A stretch of DNA of 64,000 bases from an uncultured Rikenellaceae bacterium (GTDB lineage: Bacteria; Bacteroidota; Bacteroidia; Bacteroidales; VadinHA17). The stretch spans positions 6,398 through 70,397 of the forward strand of contig CAZXGG010000009.1 of the NCBI GenBank assembly GCA_964640125.1. Reading direction: 5' to 3'. The stretch's first letter is position 1; every line of letters begins with the position of its first letter. Positions 47,118 to 57,232 of the stretch are shown here, one piece after another. Under the pieces are notes generated by a model. That model did not search any database. It was not told the DNA's origin and was given only the letters and a program-made list of their open reading frames with translations. A program made the translations under genes and the position numbers.

Positions 47118-48359
47118 ATGGTTGAACTGGAAAAATTCGAACTCGATAATGGACTGAAAGTTATTATCCATCCTGATCCATCGACTCCCCTTGTTGCTCT
47201 AAATCTGCTTTATAATGTCGGGGCACGGGATGAACATCCTGAAAAAACCGGTTTTGCCCACCTGTTCGAACACCTTATGTTTGGCGGTTCAATCCACATC
47301 CCAAACTACGACCAACCCCTGCAGAATGCCGGTGGTGAAAATAATGCTTTTACCACCAACGACTTTACCAATTACTACCTTACCCTGCCAAAAGAGAATA
47401 TTGAAACAGGATTCTGGCTCGAATCAGATCGGATGCTCTGTCTTGACTTCTCGCAGCATAACCTCGATATCCAGAGACACGTTGTAATCGAAGAGTATAA
47501 ACAGCGTTACCTGAACCAACCCTATGGTGATGTCTGGCTATTGATGAGCCCCCTGGCATACAAACTCCATCCCTACCGGTGGCCAACCATCGGTAAGAAT
47601 ATCCAACATATCGGAGAAGCGGCATTGGATGATGTAAAAAATTTCTTCTTTAACCATTATGCCCCGAACAATGCAATCCTGGTCATTGCAGGAAATATTG
47701 AAAGGAAGAAAGCACAGACCCTGACAAAACGATGGTTTTCCGGTATTGAAAAGAGAAGAGTCCCTGAAAGAAACCTTCCCGAAGAACCGGTGCAGCGATC
47801 CGAAAGAAGAAAAACCGTTCAGCGTGATGTGCCTTACGATGCCATATACAAAGCTTTTCATATGTGCAGGAGAAGCGATGCGGATTTTTACACTTCAGAT
47901 ATCATTTCCGACATCCTGGCAAGTGGAAAATCATCAAGATTATACCAGCACCTTGTGCAGGAACAAAGACTATTCAGTGAACTGAATGCTTACGTCACCG
48001 GAAATATTGATCCCGGATTATTTATTGTAGCAGGAAAACTGATAAAAGGAGTGGAAATGGAACGGGCGGAAACAGAGATCATAAAAGAACTGGAAAAACT
48101 GAAACATGATCCTGTACCTGTAAGAGAACTGAACAAGGTGAAAAACAGGATTGAATCCACGCTGGTCCTTGAAGAGATCAACATATTGAGTAAATCGATA
48201 AGCCTTGCATTCCATGAATTGCTTGGAGATGCCGCGAATATCAATTCGGAAGTGCAAAAATACCGGAGTGTAACAGGGGAACAAATTGCCAGCATTGCCA
48301 GTGGGCTGTTCGCTACGACCAATTGCTCAACATTATATTATAAAGCCAAAACCGGTTAA
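47118..48359 (+). CDS. M16 (pitrilysin) family zinc peptidase, active-site-bearing subunit
   Basis: HxxEH motif in GFAHLFEHLMFGG. 413 aa. Confidence 0.88.
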   Translation: MVELEKFELDNGLKVIIHPDPSTPLVALNLLYNVGARDEHPEKTGFAHLFEHLMFGGSIHIPNYDQPLQNAGGENNAFTTNDFTNYYLTLPKENIETGFWLESDRMLCLDFSQHNLDIQRHVVIEEYKQRYLNQPYGDVWLLMSPLAYKLHPYRWPTIGKNIQHIGEAALDDVKNFFFNHYAPNNAILVIAGNIERKKAQTLTKRWFSGIEKRRVPERNLPEEPVQRSERRKTVQRDVPYDAIYKAFHMCRRSDADFYTSDIISDILASGKSSRLYQHLVQEQRLFSELNAYVTGNIDPGLFIVAGKLIKGVEMERAETEIIKELEKLKHDPVPVRELNKVKNRIESTLVLEEINILSKSISLAFHELLGDAANINSEVQKYRSVTGEQIASIASGLFATTNCSTLYYKAKTG

Positions 48360-48426
48360 GGAATTTAGGATAACCCGGAGAAATATGATTCATAATACAT
48401 TAATAAAATCCGTAAGGGTCTGAGAA

Positions 48427-49716
48427 ATGATGCAAGCACCAAACCGGCAGAAAATTCCGCGGGTCGAACCGGTTGAAAAGATCGACTATGTCCGCGCAGA
48501 AAAAATGGTTCTCTCAAACGGGATCCCGCTATATTTGATAAATGCAGGAACACAGGAAGTTATAAGAATTGAACTGCTGTTCAGAGCGGGAAGTTGCGTT
48601 GAACCTGCTCCATTAATTGCCTCCGCCTCCAATGCCATGCTGAGAGAGGGTACTGAAAACAGGACAGCTGAACGTATTGCTGAATCATTTGAATACTATG
48701 GTGCCTATTTTCAATTAAATGCCGATAAAGACAACGGGACCATAGTGCTTTATACACTTTCAAAATACCTGGAACAGACACTTGAGATTGTAGCGGATAT
48801 CCTTTTTCATTCCACATTCCCTGACAAGGAATTTCAAACCTATGTCAGGAAGACAGAACAACAGTTCATCGAGGATCATGGGAAAGTCAAAATCATGGCG
48901 CGAACAGGTTTCTTAAAGGCGATCTTCGGAAATGATCATCCCTATGGAAGGGAAATCGTCGTTGAAGATTTTCACAGGGTCACATCCCCCATGCTGGCTG
49001 ACTTTTACCACCTGCATTACCGTAATCGTCCGTTCTGCATTATTGTTTCCGGTAAACTTTGGACCGGACTGGAGCGCATCATCGATGATCATTTTGGGAA
49101 AAACAGGATAGAAGAGTACCACCTGTTCGAAAACAGAGCTGCATACGTACCGGAAAAGAATCCTGAAAAGCTGCTTATTGAAAAGGAAAAGGTGTTCCAG
49201 TCTGCAATCCGGATCGGAAAAAGGCTCTTTAACAAGCACCATCCCGACTTTACAGCAATGCAAATTTTAAACACCATACTGGGAGGATACTTCGGATCAC
49301 GACTGATGAAAAACATACGGGAAAACAAAGGGTATACCTACGGTATCGGGTCCATGGTCCTTTCCATGCACCATGCCGGCTATTTTGTTATCGCATCAGA
49401 AGTGGGTAAAGATGTATGCAAAGCTGCCCTGAAAGAGATCTATAAGGAAATTAAAATCCTGCGGGACACCATCATCCCGGAAGATGAACTGACAATTGTA
49501 AAACATTATCTTATGGGGGAACTGATCAGGATGTTTGACGGGCCGTTTGCCCTGGCGGAAAGTTTAAAAGCAGTCATTGAATACGGATTGGATTATGACT
49601 ATTATGACAAAGCAATTGATACGATAAAAAGTACTACAGCAAAACAGCTGCTCGATCTGGCAAATCAATATTTTGCACCCGGGACATTTACTGAGATCGT
49701 TGCCGGGAAATACTAA
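48427..49716 (+). CDS. M16 family peptidase-like protein lacking HxxEH (non-catalytic partner)
   Basis: 429 aa with M16 fold-like sequence but no HxxEH motif. It is paired with the preceding gene. Confidence 0.8.
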   Translation: MMQAPNRQKIPRVEPVEKIDYVRAEKMVLSNGIPLYLINAGTQEVIRIELLFRAGSCVEPAPLIASASNAMLREGTENRTAERIAESFEYYGAYFQLNADKDNGTIVLYTLSKYLEQTLEIVADILFHSTFPDKEFQTYVRKTEQQFIEDHGKVKIMARTGFLKAIFGNDHPYGREIVVEDFHRVTSPMLADFYHLHYRNRPFCIIVSGKLWTGLERIIDDHFGKNRIEEYHLFENRAAYVPEKNPEKLLIEKEKVFQSAIRIGKRLFNKHHPDFTAMQILNTILGGYFGSRLMKNIRENKGYTYGIGSMVLSMHHAGYFVIASEVGKDVCKAALKEIYKEIKILRDTIIPEDELTIVKHYLMGELIRMFDGPFALAESLKAVIEYGLDYDYYDKAIDTIKSTTAKQLLDLANQYFAPGTFTEIVAGKY

Positions 49717-49737
49717 ACGATTGAAAACGGAGTTTCT

Positions 49738-51261
49738 ATGATGTATCCCGGGAAAATGGTACTGCATAACATACAGCAAATTCTTTTACCGATCCTGCTC
49801 GGTTACCTGCTAACCGGTCCCGCTTATGGTCAGGACACGGAGAGACCGATTAGTCCGGATTTACAGATCGTAAGTGTTAATCCGCTTACCGGTAAGGCCT
49901 GGTTGGAGTGGCAATTGAGTCCCTCAGCTGATGTTGAAGCGTACATCATCTACATCGACAAAAACAGCAGCTGGATCGCTATCGATACCCTCTGGAACCC
50001 TTTTGCCACATCCTATGTCAATGCCTCTTCCAATGCCGATTTCTTCCCTGAATCGTATGTCATCGCAGCATACGATACAGCCGGAAATCCAAGTCCGCTA
50101 ACGGAACCCCATACAACCATGTTTACTGCACTCTTTTTTGACTCCTGCCTGATCCGTGTGAACCTGGACTGGACTCCCTACCTGGGATGGGATGAGGAGC
50201 TTGAGAACTATGAGGTCATCGTGAACATTGACGGTAGCCCGGACAGCCTGTTACAAACCATTGAATCCGGCACAACTAATTTTATTCACCAGGGAATAGA
50301 ATCCTACACCAACTATTGCTACCATATCAGGGCAAACCATAGTAACGGCTGGGTATCAACATCAAACAGGGTCTGTACCTATACCCAGATGCCCAAAATC
50401 CCGGAGTACATTAATGCTGATTACGCAAGTGTGGAGAACGGGAACGAAATACATCTCTCATTTACCATCGACTCTCAATCTGAGATTTACACATTTCGGC
50501 TCTTAAAAGGAAATGATACCACGAGCATTACAGAAATTGTTACCGAATTCAATAATCCGTCTTCATGGAATATCAAGTATGTTGATACGATTGACAATCC
50601 TGTCCAACGATACTATTACCGGTTAAAAGCAATCAATGCCTGCGATAGTGTGGTTGCAGAATCGAATGTGGCAAGCAATATTGTACTGACGGTAAAAAAC
50701 CAGGAAATAATCAATGAGTTAACCTGGCAGCCTTACTATGACTGGTTGGATGAAGTTGAAACCTGTACTATTTATCGTTTGATCGGAGAATTCCTGCCAG
50801 AACTGGTTGCTTCTCTTCCCGGAACAGATACTACCTATCTCGATGATATTTCGGCTTTCCAGTATACAGCACCTTCAGGCAGGTTTTGCTATTATGTTGA
50901 AGCGATGGAAGGGAGTCAGAATCCATACGGTATTGCCGGATCATCCAAATCAAACACTTCCTGCGGTGAGGTGCCGGTAAAAGTATTTGTCCCTAACGCA
51001 TTTACACCCAATGCAGACAATAGAAATGATGTTTTCAAACCCATTCTGTCATTTACTCCAAGCCAGTATCTGTTAACCATACAGAATCGTTGGGGTAACC
51101 TCCTTTTTGAATCTGGTGATCCCCTGAGAGGGTGGGATGGGACAATAAACGGGGACACACCGGCACCGGAGGGTATTTATATCTATTTTCTCCGTGTTGT
51201 AAGTGACGAAGGTGAAATCATAGAGAAAAGCGGGCATATAACCCTGATCTATCCAAAATAA
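49738..51261 (+). CDS. T9SS type-B sorting domain (gliding-motility C-terminal domain) surface protein
   Basis: It has a signal peptide and Fn3/Ig-like repeats. The C-terminus reads VFVPNAFTPNADNRNDVFKPI...GWDGTINGDTPAPEGIYIYFL. Confidence 0.85.
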   Translation: MMYPGKMVLHNIQQILLPILLGYLLTGPAYGQDTERPISPDLQIVSVNPLTGKAWLEWQLSPSADVEAYIIYIDKNSSWIAIDTLWNPFATSYVNASSNADFFPESYVIAAYDTAGNPSPLTEPHTTMFTALFFDSCLIRVNLDWTPYLGWDEELENYEVIVNIDGSPDSLLQTIESGTTNFIHQGIESYTNYCYHIRANHSNGWVSTSNRVCTYTQMPKIPEYINADYASVENGNEIHLSFTIDSQSEIYTFRLLKGNDTTSITEIVTEFNNPSSWNIKYVDTIDNPVQRYYYRLKAINACDSVVAESNVASNIVLTVKNQEIINELTWQPYYDWLDEVETCTIYRLIGEFLPELVASLPGTDTTYLDDISAFQYTAPSGRFCYYVEAMEGSQNPYGIAGSSKSNTSCGEVPVKVFVPNAFTPNADNRNDVFKPILSFTPSQYLLTIQNRWGNLLFESGDPLRGWDGTINGDTPAPEGIYIYFLRVVSDEGEIIEKSGHITLIYPK

Positions 51262-51356
51262 ATATTACATCCTGTGCGATCGGGAAGTCAATTGCGTTTC
51301 AAAATTCATTAAATTTGTGCATGGTTTTTCCATTAACCATTACCTTAAAGTTGTAG

Positions 51357-53603
51357 ATGTCCATACTCACCCCGAAAGAGAAGAAACTGATAAACGAGAA
51401 GTTCGAGGATCTTCTCCAGCATTGTGTGCGTTGTAATTCTGAGGCAGACCGAACGCTCATAAAAAAAGCGTTTGACCTGGCAAACGAAGCGCACAAGAAC
51501 ATGCGGAGGAGATCAGGTGATCCCTATATTCTCCATCCCATAGCGGTTGCAAAAATCGTTACTCATGAAATCGGGCTGGGTGCAAAATCGGTTGCCTGTG
51601 CTTTAATGCACGATGTTGTTGAAGATACGGATTATACGCTGGAAGATATCGAAAATCATTTTGGGAAAAAGATCGCATCCATCATAGATGGCCTTACCAA
51701 GATCGCAGGCGTATTTGACAACAAGTCCTCACTCCAGGCTGAGAATTTCCGAAAAATGCTCCTTACCCTTTCGGATGATGTTCGTGTAATCCTCATAAAG
51801 CTGGCAGACCGGTTGCATAACATGAGGACACTTGATTCCATGCCTCCGAACAAACAAATGAAAGTGGCAGGCGAAACAGTATACCTGTATGCCCCCCTTG
51901 CACACCGGTTAGGCCTGTATGCCATTAAAACGGAATTGGAGGATCTGAGTTTAAAATACCACCATCCGGAAGTATATACCGAAATCCAAAACAAGATCAG
52001 GGACAATGAGAAGAGAAGGGTTACCATGATCAACCGTTTCTCTCTGCCCATCATTGAAAAACTCGAATCGAACAAGTACAAGTTCGATATCAATGGAAGA
52101 CCCAAATCAATCGCCTCAATCTGGAACAAAATGCAGCGGAAGGGGGTCCCTTTTGAAGAAGTTTATGACCTCATGGCAATCCGTATCATTTTTGAGCCGA
52201 AGAAAAATGTTCCTGAAAAAACACAATGCTGGAGCATCTACTCCATGATCACGGATATTTATATGCCAAAACCGGATAGGATCCGCGACTGGGTAAGTAC
52301 ACCAAAAGCCAATGGATATGAAGCCCTTCATGTTACCTTTATGGGACCTCACGGGAAATGGGTGGAAGTCCAGATCCGAACAAACCGAATGGAAGAGATT
52401 GCTGAACGGGGTTATGCAGCCCACTGGAAATACAAAAACAGCGGAACGGGAGAAGGAGAGCTGGATAAATGGATCAAAAAAATACGGGAATTGCTCGAGG
52501 ATCCCCTCTCCAACGCCCTCGAATTCCTGGATGAGTTTAAATTGAATCTTTTTGCTTCCGAAATCCTTGTATTTACTCCAAAAGGACAGATAAAAAGCCT
52601 GCCTAAGAACGCATCAGCTCTTGATTTTGCCTATGAGATCCATACCGAAATAGGAAATAAAGCCATTGGGGCTAAAGTAAATTACAAGCTCGTTGCCCTA
52701 AGCCACACTTTGAACAGCGGCGATCAGGTGGAGATACTGACTTCCGACAAGCAAAAACCACATCGCGAATGGCTCGATTATGTGATTACAGCCAAAGCTA
52801 AATCCAGCATTAAAAATTCCTTGAAATCTGAAACCAAAAACCGGATCGAAAAAGGGAAAAAGATCCTGGAAGAAAAATTAAAGGAATTTAACCTGATGCC
52901 CAGCTCCCGTGTGTTTAAAAAACTGATCCCGGAATACGAGGTGATCAGTAAAGATGATCTGTACAGTAAAATTGGACTCGGTCTGATTACCCTCGATGAC
53001 CTTAAAAAAGTGCTGCGGAAAAAAACCAAAAACAAATGGATCAGGTATTGGGAACTGCAGTTTGGAAAATCTTCAACGGAAAAAGAAGAACCGGTTGAAG
53101 AAATACCGCCGAAAGAGCAAAAATTCGATTATAAAATACCCCTTATCCTGCGCGAAAACATCGACGACGCAGAAACCACCTATACCCTGGCTACATGCTG
53201 CAATCCCATCCCCGGTGATGATGTGGTAGGGTACAGAAACCTGAACGATAAAATCATCATTCACCGATCAAAATGCCCCAATGCCATCAAACTAATGTCC
53301 AGAGAAGGCAATCGAATAGTGACGGCAAAGTGGACAACCCATAAAATTCTCTCTTTCCTGGCAAGTATCCGGGTTATGGGAATCGACAGAATTGGCATGA
53401 TCAACGAAATTACCAATGTCATTTCCAAAGAACTCAGTGTGAATATGAGAACCGTTAATATTGAAGTTCATGACGGTATCTTTGATGGCTCACTCGATCT
53501 CTATGTCCATAGCACAAAGGACTTGAATAACCTGATAATGAACCTGATAAAAATCAAAGGAGTGGATTCTGTTAAACGAATCGAGTCCATTGAAGAGTCC
53601 TGA
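51357..53603 (+). CDS. Bifunctional (p)ppGpp synthetase/hydrolase, RelA/SpoT homolog
   Basis: It has an HD domain (HPIAVAKIV...MHDVVEDT) and a synthetase region (GRPKSIASIWNKMQRKG, DLMAIRII, GYEALHV). TGS and ACT-like domains form the C-terminus. Confidence 0.92.
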   Translation: MSILTPKEKKLINEKFEDLLQHCVRCNSEADRTLIKKAFDLANEAHKNMRRRSGDPYILHPIAVAKIVTHEIGLGAKSVACALMHDVVEDTDYTLEDIENHFGKKIASIIDGLTKIAGVFDNKSSLQAENFRKMLLTLSDDVRVILIKLADRLHNMRTLDSMPPNKQMKVAGETVYLYAPLAHRLGLYAIKTELEDLSLKYHHPEVYTEIQNKIRDNEKRRVTMINRFSLPIIEKLESNKYKFDINGRPKSIASIWNKMQRKGVPFEEVYDLMAIRIIFEPKKNVPEKTQCWSIYSMITDIYMPKPDRIRDWVSTPKANGYEALHVTFMGPHGKWVEVQIRTNRMEEIAERGYAAHWKYKNSGTGEGELDKWIKKIRELLEDPLSNALEFLDEFKLNLFASEILVFTPKGQIKSLPKNASALDFAYEIHTEIGNKAIGAKVNYKLVALSHTLNSGDQVEILTSDKQKPHREWLDYVITAKAKSSIKNSLKSETKNRIEKGKKILEEKLKEFNLMPSSRVFKKLIPEYEVISKDDLYSKIGLGLITLDDLKKVLRKKTKNKWIRYWELQFGKSSTEKEEPVEEIPPKEQKFDYKIPLILRENIDDAETTYTLATCCNPIPGDDVVGYRNLNDKIIIHRSKCPNAIKLMSREGNRIVTAKWTTHKILSFLASIRVMGIDRIGMINEITNVISKELSVNMRTVNIEVHDGIFDGSLDLYVHSTKDLNNLIMNLIKIKGVDSVKRIESIEES

Positions 53604-53739
53604 TCAGCTTCAGGAATGCCCCTGCTCCTGCCACTTCCACCATCCCATCCGGTGCGATGCACTGATTTGATCTAAATAAAGTGTTGTATTTCACAAAAAA
53701 ATCCATAATTTTAAACCACTATTTTAAATTAGACTATAT

Positions 53740-54186
53740 ATGGTTAGTGACGACACGAAACAAACTGTAAAGCAAATATTTACAGAATACCTGGAGAAGA
53801 AGGGGCATAGAAAAACCCCCGAACGGTATGCCATTCTTGATGAGATTTATTCCAGAAGCGGACACTTTGATATTGAATCGTTGTACATTTTCATGAAGAA
53901 TAAGAACTACAGGGTTAGCAGGGCAACCCTCTATAATACCATCGAGTTGCTGCTTGATTGCAACCTGGTGATCAAGCATCAGTTCGGCAAAAATATTGCA
54001 CAGTTTGAACGTGCATACCAATGCAGCCAGCACGATCATTTGATTGATACCGAAACCGGTAAAGTGATTGAATTCTGTGACCCCAGGATCCACGAAATCA
54101 TCAAGACTGCCTGTGAACTCAATAATTTTAAGCCGCTGTACCACTCTCTCTATATTTACGGGGTTGTTGAAAAGAAAGATAAATAA
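53740..54186 (+). CDS. Fur family transcriptional regulator
   Basis: 148 aa. Motifs are [23 protein letters not shown] and [16 protein letters not shown]. The usual CxxC pair after the HHDH motif is not present. Confidence 0.85.
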   Translation: MVSDDTKQTVKQIFTEYLEKKGHRKTPERYAILDEIYSRSGHFDIESLYIFMKNKNYRVSRATLYNTIELLLDCNLVIKHQFGKNIAQFERAYQCSQHDHLIDTETGKVIEFCDPRIHEIIKTACELNNFKPLYHSLYIYGVVEKKDK

Positions 54187-54187
54187 A

Positions 54188-55465
54188 ATGAAAGTTGATA
54201 TCTTACTGGGGCTTCAGTGGGGTGATGAAGGGAAAGGGAAAATTGTTGACGTCCTGACACCAGAATACGATGTTATAGCCCGGTTCCAGGGAGGTCCAAA
54301 TGCCGGTCATTCCCTGGAATTCAATCGGATCAAACACATTCTGCACTCTATCCCCTCCGGAGTATTCAGAAAGGACAAGATCAATATCATTGGGAATGGA
54401 GTAGTGATTGATCCATCGGTATTTAAGAAAGAGGTTGAAGCACTGCATGATCTGGGAGTTCAATTAACGAACCAGCTATTTATTTCAAAAAAGGCACATC
54501 TGATCTTACCCTCTCACCGGATACTGGATGCTGCTTCAGAAGCTGCCAAGGGAAAATCCAAGATTGGATCAACCCTGAAGGGCATTGGTCCTGCTTATAT
54601 GGATAAAACAGGGCGTAATGGATTGCGCGTTGGAGACATACTTGGTGAAGGATTTAAGGAGAAGTATGATTTTCTGGTAATTAAGCACAGAGAGATCCTT
54701 CAGATGTATGACTTCCCCTACGATATCAATGAACATGAAAAGGACTGGTTTGAGGGGATTGAGTTGATCAGGTCTTTCCCCATTGTAGACAGTGAATACC
54801 TGGTGAATGACCTGCTTGCTGGCGGAAAATCCTTACTCGCAGAAGGGGCACAGGGTACCCTGCTTGATATTGATTTTGGATCCTACCCCTTTGTAACATC
54901 ATCGAATACGGTTTGTGCCGGAGCATGTATCGGATTAGGGATCTCCCCGGCTGCCATTGGCAACGTCTTCGGAACCGTTAAAGCTTACTGTACCCGTGTG
55001 GGGGGTGGTCCCTTCCCTACCGAACTCGTTGATAATACAGGTGAAATAATGCGGGAACAGGGTGCTGAATTTGGAGCCACAACCGGCCGTCCAAGAAGAT
55101 GTGGCTGGCTTGACCTTCCGGCACTGAAATATTCAATCATGTTAAATGGTGTAAACCAGCTCTTCATGACAAAAATTGATGTCCTCACTGGTTTCCCGGA
55201 GCTAAAGGTATGCACCCATTATAGCATCAATGGAGAACGGGTGGATCGTATCCCGTTTGACATGTCTGGCGAAATTGAACCGGTCTATAAAAGGTTCCAG
55301 GGATGGAGTGAAGATATTTCTTCCTGTACCGAATTCATGTCATTACCCGATGAACTGAAACAGTACATTCGTTTCATTGAAAATGAGGTTAAAGTGCCCA
55401 TCACCATGATCTCTGTCGGCCCCGACAGGACCCAGATTATAAGGCGGCACCCCAGCAAGGTGTGA
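54188..55465 (+). CDS. purA: Adenylosuccinate synthase
   Basis: The start is moved to ATG 54188 (MKVDILLGLQWGDEGKGKIVD), 1 nt after the fur stop. Motifs are GGPNAGH and TTGRPRRCGW. Confidence 0.95.
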   Translation: MKVDILLGLQWGDEGKGKIVDVLTPEYDVIARFQGGPNAGHSLEFNRIKHILHSIPSGVFRKDKINIIGNGVVIDPSVFKKEVEALHDLGVQLTNQLFISKKAHLILPSHRILDAASEAAKGKSKIGSTLKGIGPAYMDKTGRNGLRVGDILGEGFKEKYDFLVIKHREILQMYDFPYDINEHEKDWFEGIELIRSFPIVDSEYLVNDLLAGGKSLLAEGAQGTLLDIDFGSYPFVTSSNTVCAGACIGLGISPAAIGNVFGTVKAYCTRVGGGPFPTELVDNTGEIMREQGAEFGATTGRPRRCGWLDLPALKYSIMLNGVNQLFMTKIDVLTGFPELKVCTHYSINGERVDRIPFDMSGEIEPVYKRFQGWSEDISSCTEFMSLPDELKQYIRFIENEVKVPITMISVGPDRTQIIRRHPSKV

Positions 55466-55627
55466 AACCATACTCTCCATCCTTGCAAAGTCCCCTATTG
55501 ATCCGGTTGATACCCATTATAAAGTACCTCTACTTTTTTGTAAAAGAAAGGTTTTTTAGTAATTTAACAGATTACTAAACCGTTGTTGTTGTTTTGCTTT
55601 TTCTCACATTTTACAACTTGATTTACC

Positions 55628-56320
55628 ATGAAAATAGATCTTTCAAAATATGCATTTGACAGGGTTAGAGAAAAGGAACAAAAAGTAAGTTGTGCCGGCC
55701 CTGTGGTGACCATTTCAAGAGAGTTTGGTTGTCCTTCCAAAATAATTGCCAGAAAACTGGTTAGCACCATCAACCGGATCACCGGAAAAGATCGTTGGGA
55801 TTGGATTAGCAAGGAAATCCTGGAACGATCGGCTAAAGAGCTTGAGGTCAAGCCCGAGGAGATCAAATATGTTTTTGAATATGAAGAAAAAGGAATATTC
55901 GATGAGATCCTGGCCGCCCAATCAAAAAAATACCACCGCAGCGATAAAAAGATCAGGAAATCCATTGCCAATGTGATAAAAGCAATCGCCTATGATGGCA
56001 ATGTGATCATTGTTGGACGAGGGGGGGTGGCAATAACCAAAGATTGTCCCAACAGTTTTCATATCAAATTGCAGGCCCCGCTAGAATGGAGAGTAAACGG
56101 TGTGATGGACAGAAGGGAAAACATGAGCTATGAAGAAGGGGTTAAATACACTGTTGAATACGATCGAAAAAGAAAGCGGTTTCTGGATTATTACTGGGGA
56201 AGCGAATCGGACAATTCTATTTTTGACGCTATCTACAACTGCGCAACCATGTCAGTGGATGAGATTGTTGAATCCACCATCCTCATCCTGAAGATGAGAA
56301 ACCTGATCGAGGTAAAATAA
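55628..56320 (+). CDS. Cytidylate kinase-like family protein
   Basis: 230 aa. VVTISREFGCPSKIIARKL and IIVGRGG are present, in a Cytidylate_kin2-like arrangement. Confidence 0.6.
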   Translation: MKIDLSKYAFDRVREKEQKVSCAGPVVTISREFGCPSKIIARKLVSTINRITGKDRWDWISKEILERSAKELEVKPEEIKYVFEYEEKGIFDEILAAQSKKYHRSDKKIRKSIANVIKAIAYDGNVIIVGRGGVAITKDCPNSFHIKLQAPLEWRVNGVMDRRENMSYEEGVKYTVEYDRKRKRFLDYYWGSESDNSIFDAIYNCATMSVDEIVESTILILKMRNLIEVK

Positions 56321-56413
56321 AGTTCGGGTTTTGGTTTACACTCTCCTGGAGTTTCCAAAGAATTAACTCAAGTTATACCCTTAGATCTGGTTCATTCTGT
56401 AAAACCAGGAACC

Positions 56414-56540
56414 AAATCACAAATCCCAAAAAACAAATAGCAAATAAGTTCCAAAAACCAAATTGCAATTACCAAACCAAAATCAAACTCAATGAATATT
56501 GTGATTTTGGTATTATTTGTATTTTGTTATTTGTGAGTTG
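56414..56540. repeat. Long AT-rich imperfect inverted repeat between convergent genes
   Basis: The core, accaaaatca (56476-56485), is perfectly complementary to tgattttggt (56502-56511). The outer arms aaatcacaaat...acaaatagcaaata and tatttgtattttgttatttgtgagtt are partly complementary. Confidence 0.5.
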
Positions 56541-56652
56541 TTTTTTGCTGTTCAATAACTTAACAAGGCGTAAAACATTACTGCCCTATGGATGAAAGAC
56601 TATTCCTGTATCATGGTTACAGGTACAAATATGCTTTCTGCCTGGTAAATCC

Positions 56653-57132
56653 CTACTGATTAATATACAACCACGCTTCCAACTCCACAGTATCCCTGAA
56701 ATGTTCCAGTTGAACAAGGGCTTCACCGATGTTATCAAACGCCCTGGCAGAGACCACATTGAAATCATATTCGTTAAACAGGATATCCGTTTCATACCCC
56801 ATTTTCCGGTAGTACTCTGAATAGAGATTCGCATATTCCGGTGTTTTAAAGCTACCAACAATGATATGGTATTTAAACTTGGCAAGACGTTCTCTTTCCG
56901 CTTCCTCGATTGTCCTGATGGAATCCAGCCTCGTTTGCTCGATCATCCTTTCTGCCTCAAGCACTTTGTTGATCGAATCGGCAACGCCGATGCTGTCCAT
57001 CCTCGCCTGGTAAGCTGCAAGGGTATCAGCATCCCTTTTAAACCAACCCTTTTCTTCAATGAATTTGCACGATGTAACTGCAATGAATAGAATAAGCAAT
57101 GGTACTAACTTTTTCATTTTTGAATAAAGCAT
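56653..57132 (-). CDS. SPOR-domain-like lipoprotein
   Basis: It has a signal and lipobox (LILFIAVTSC). The C-terminus, YHIIVGSFKTPEYANLYSEYYRKMGYETDILFNEYDFNVVSARAF, resembles a SPOR repeat. Confidence 0.55.
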   Translation of the reverse strand: MLYSKMKKLVPLLILFIAVTSCKFIEEKGWFKRDADTLAAYQARMDSIGVADSINKVLEAERMIEQTRLDSIRTIEEAERERLAKFKYHIIVGSFKTPEYANLYSEYYRKMGYETDILFNEYDFNVVSARAFDNIGEALVQLEHFRDTVELEAWLYINQ

Positions 57133-57232
57133 TTTATTAGAATTTGTTATGCAAAAGTAATCATTTATTTATTCATTCCCCTGAATCATAATTTTTGTAT
57201 ATTCGGGTATCATAAACAAAATCCTTTCTTAC

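Noticed and set aside
53734-54144. 136-aa minus-strand ORF almost coextensive with the Fur gene.
   Set aside because: The plus-strand product has the Fur wHTH and the HDH metal-site motif, and it is in line with relA and purA. The minus-strand product has no recognisable features.
54068-54187. N-terminal extension of purA (ORF track start 54068). Similar upstream extensions occur at 33108 (RND pump), 6768 (propeller), 14518 (creD), 16114 (M28), 43607 (ClC) and 37138 (TauE).
   Set aside because: The extensions overlap the preceding gene or lack homology-like sequence. Internal ATGs give canonical N-termini such as MKVDILLGLQWGDEGKGK and [11 protein letters not shown], or proper signal peptides.
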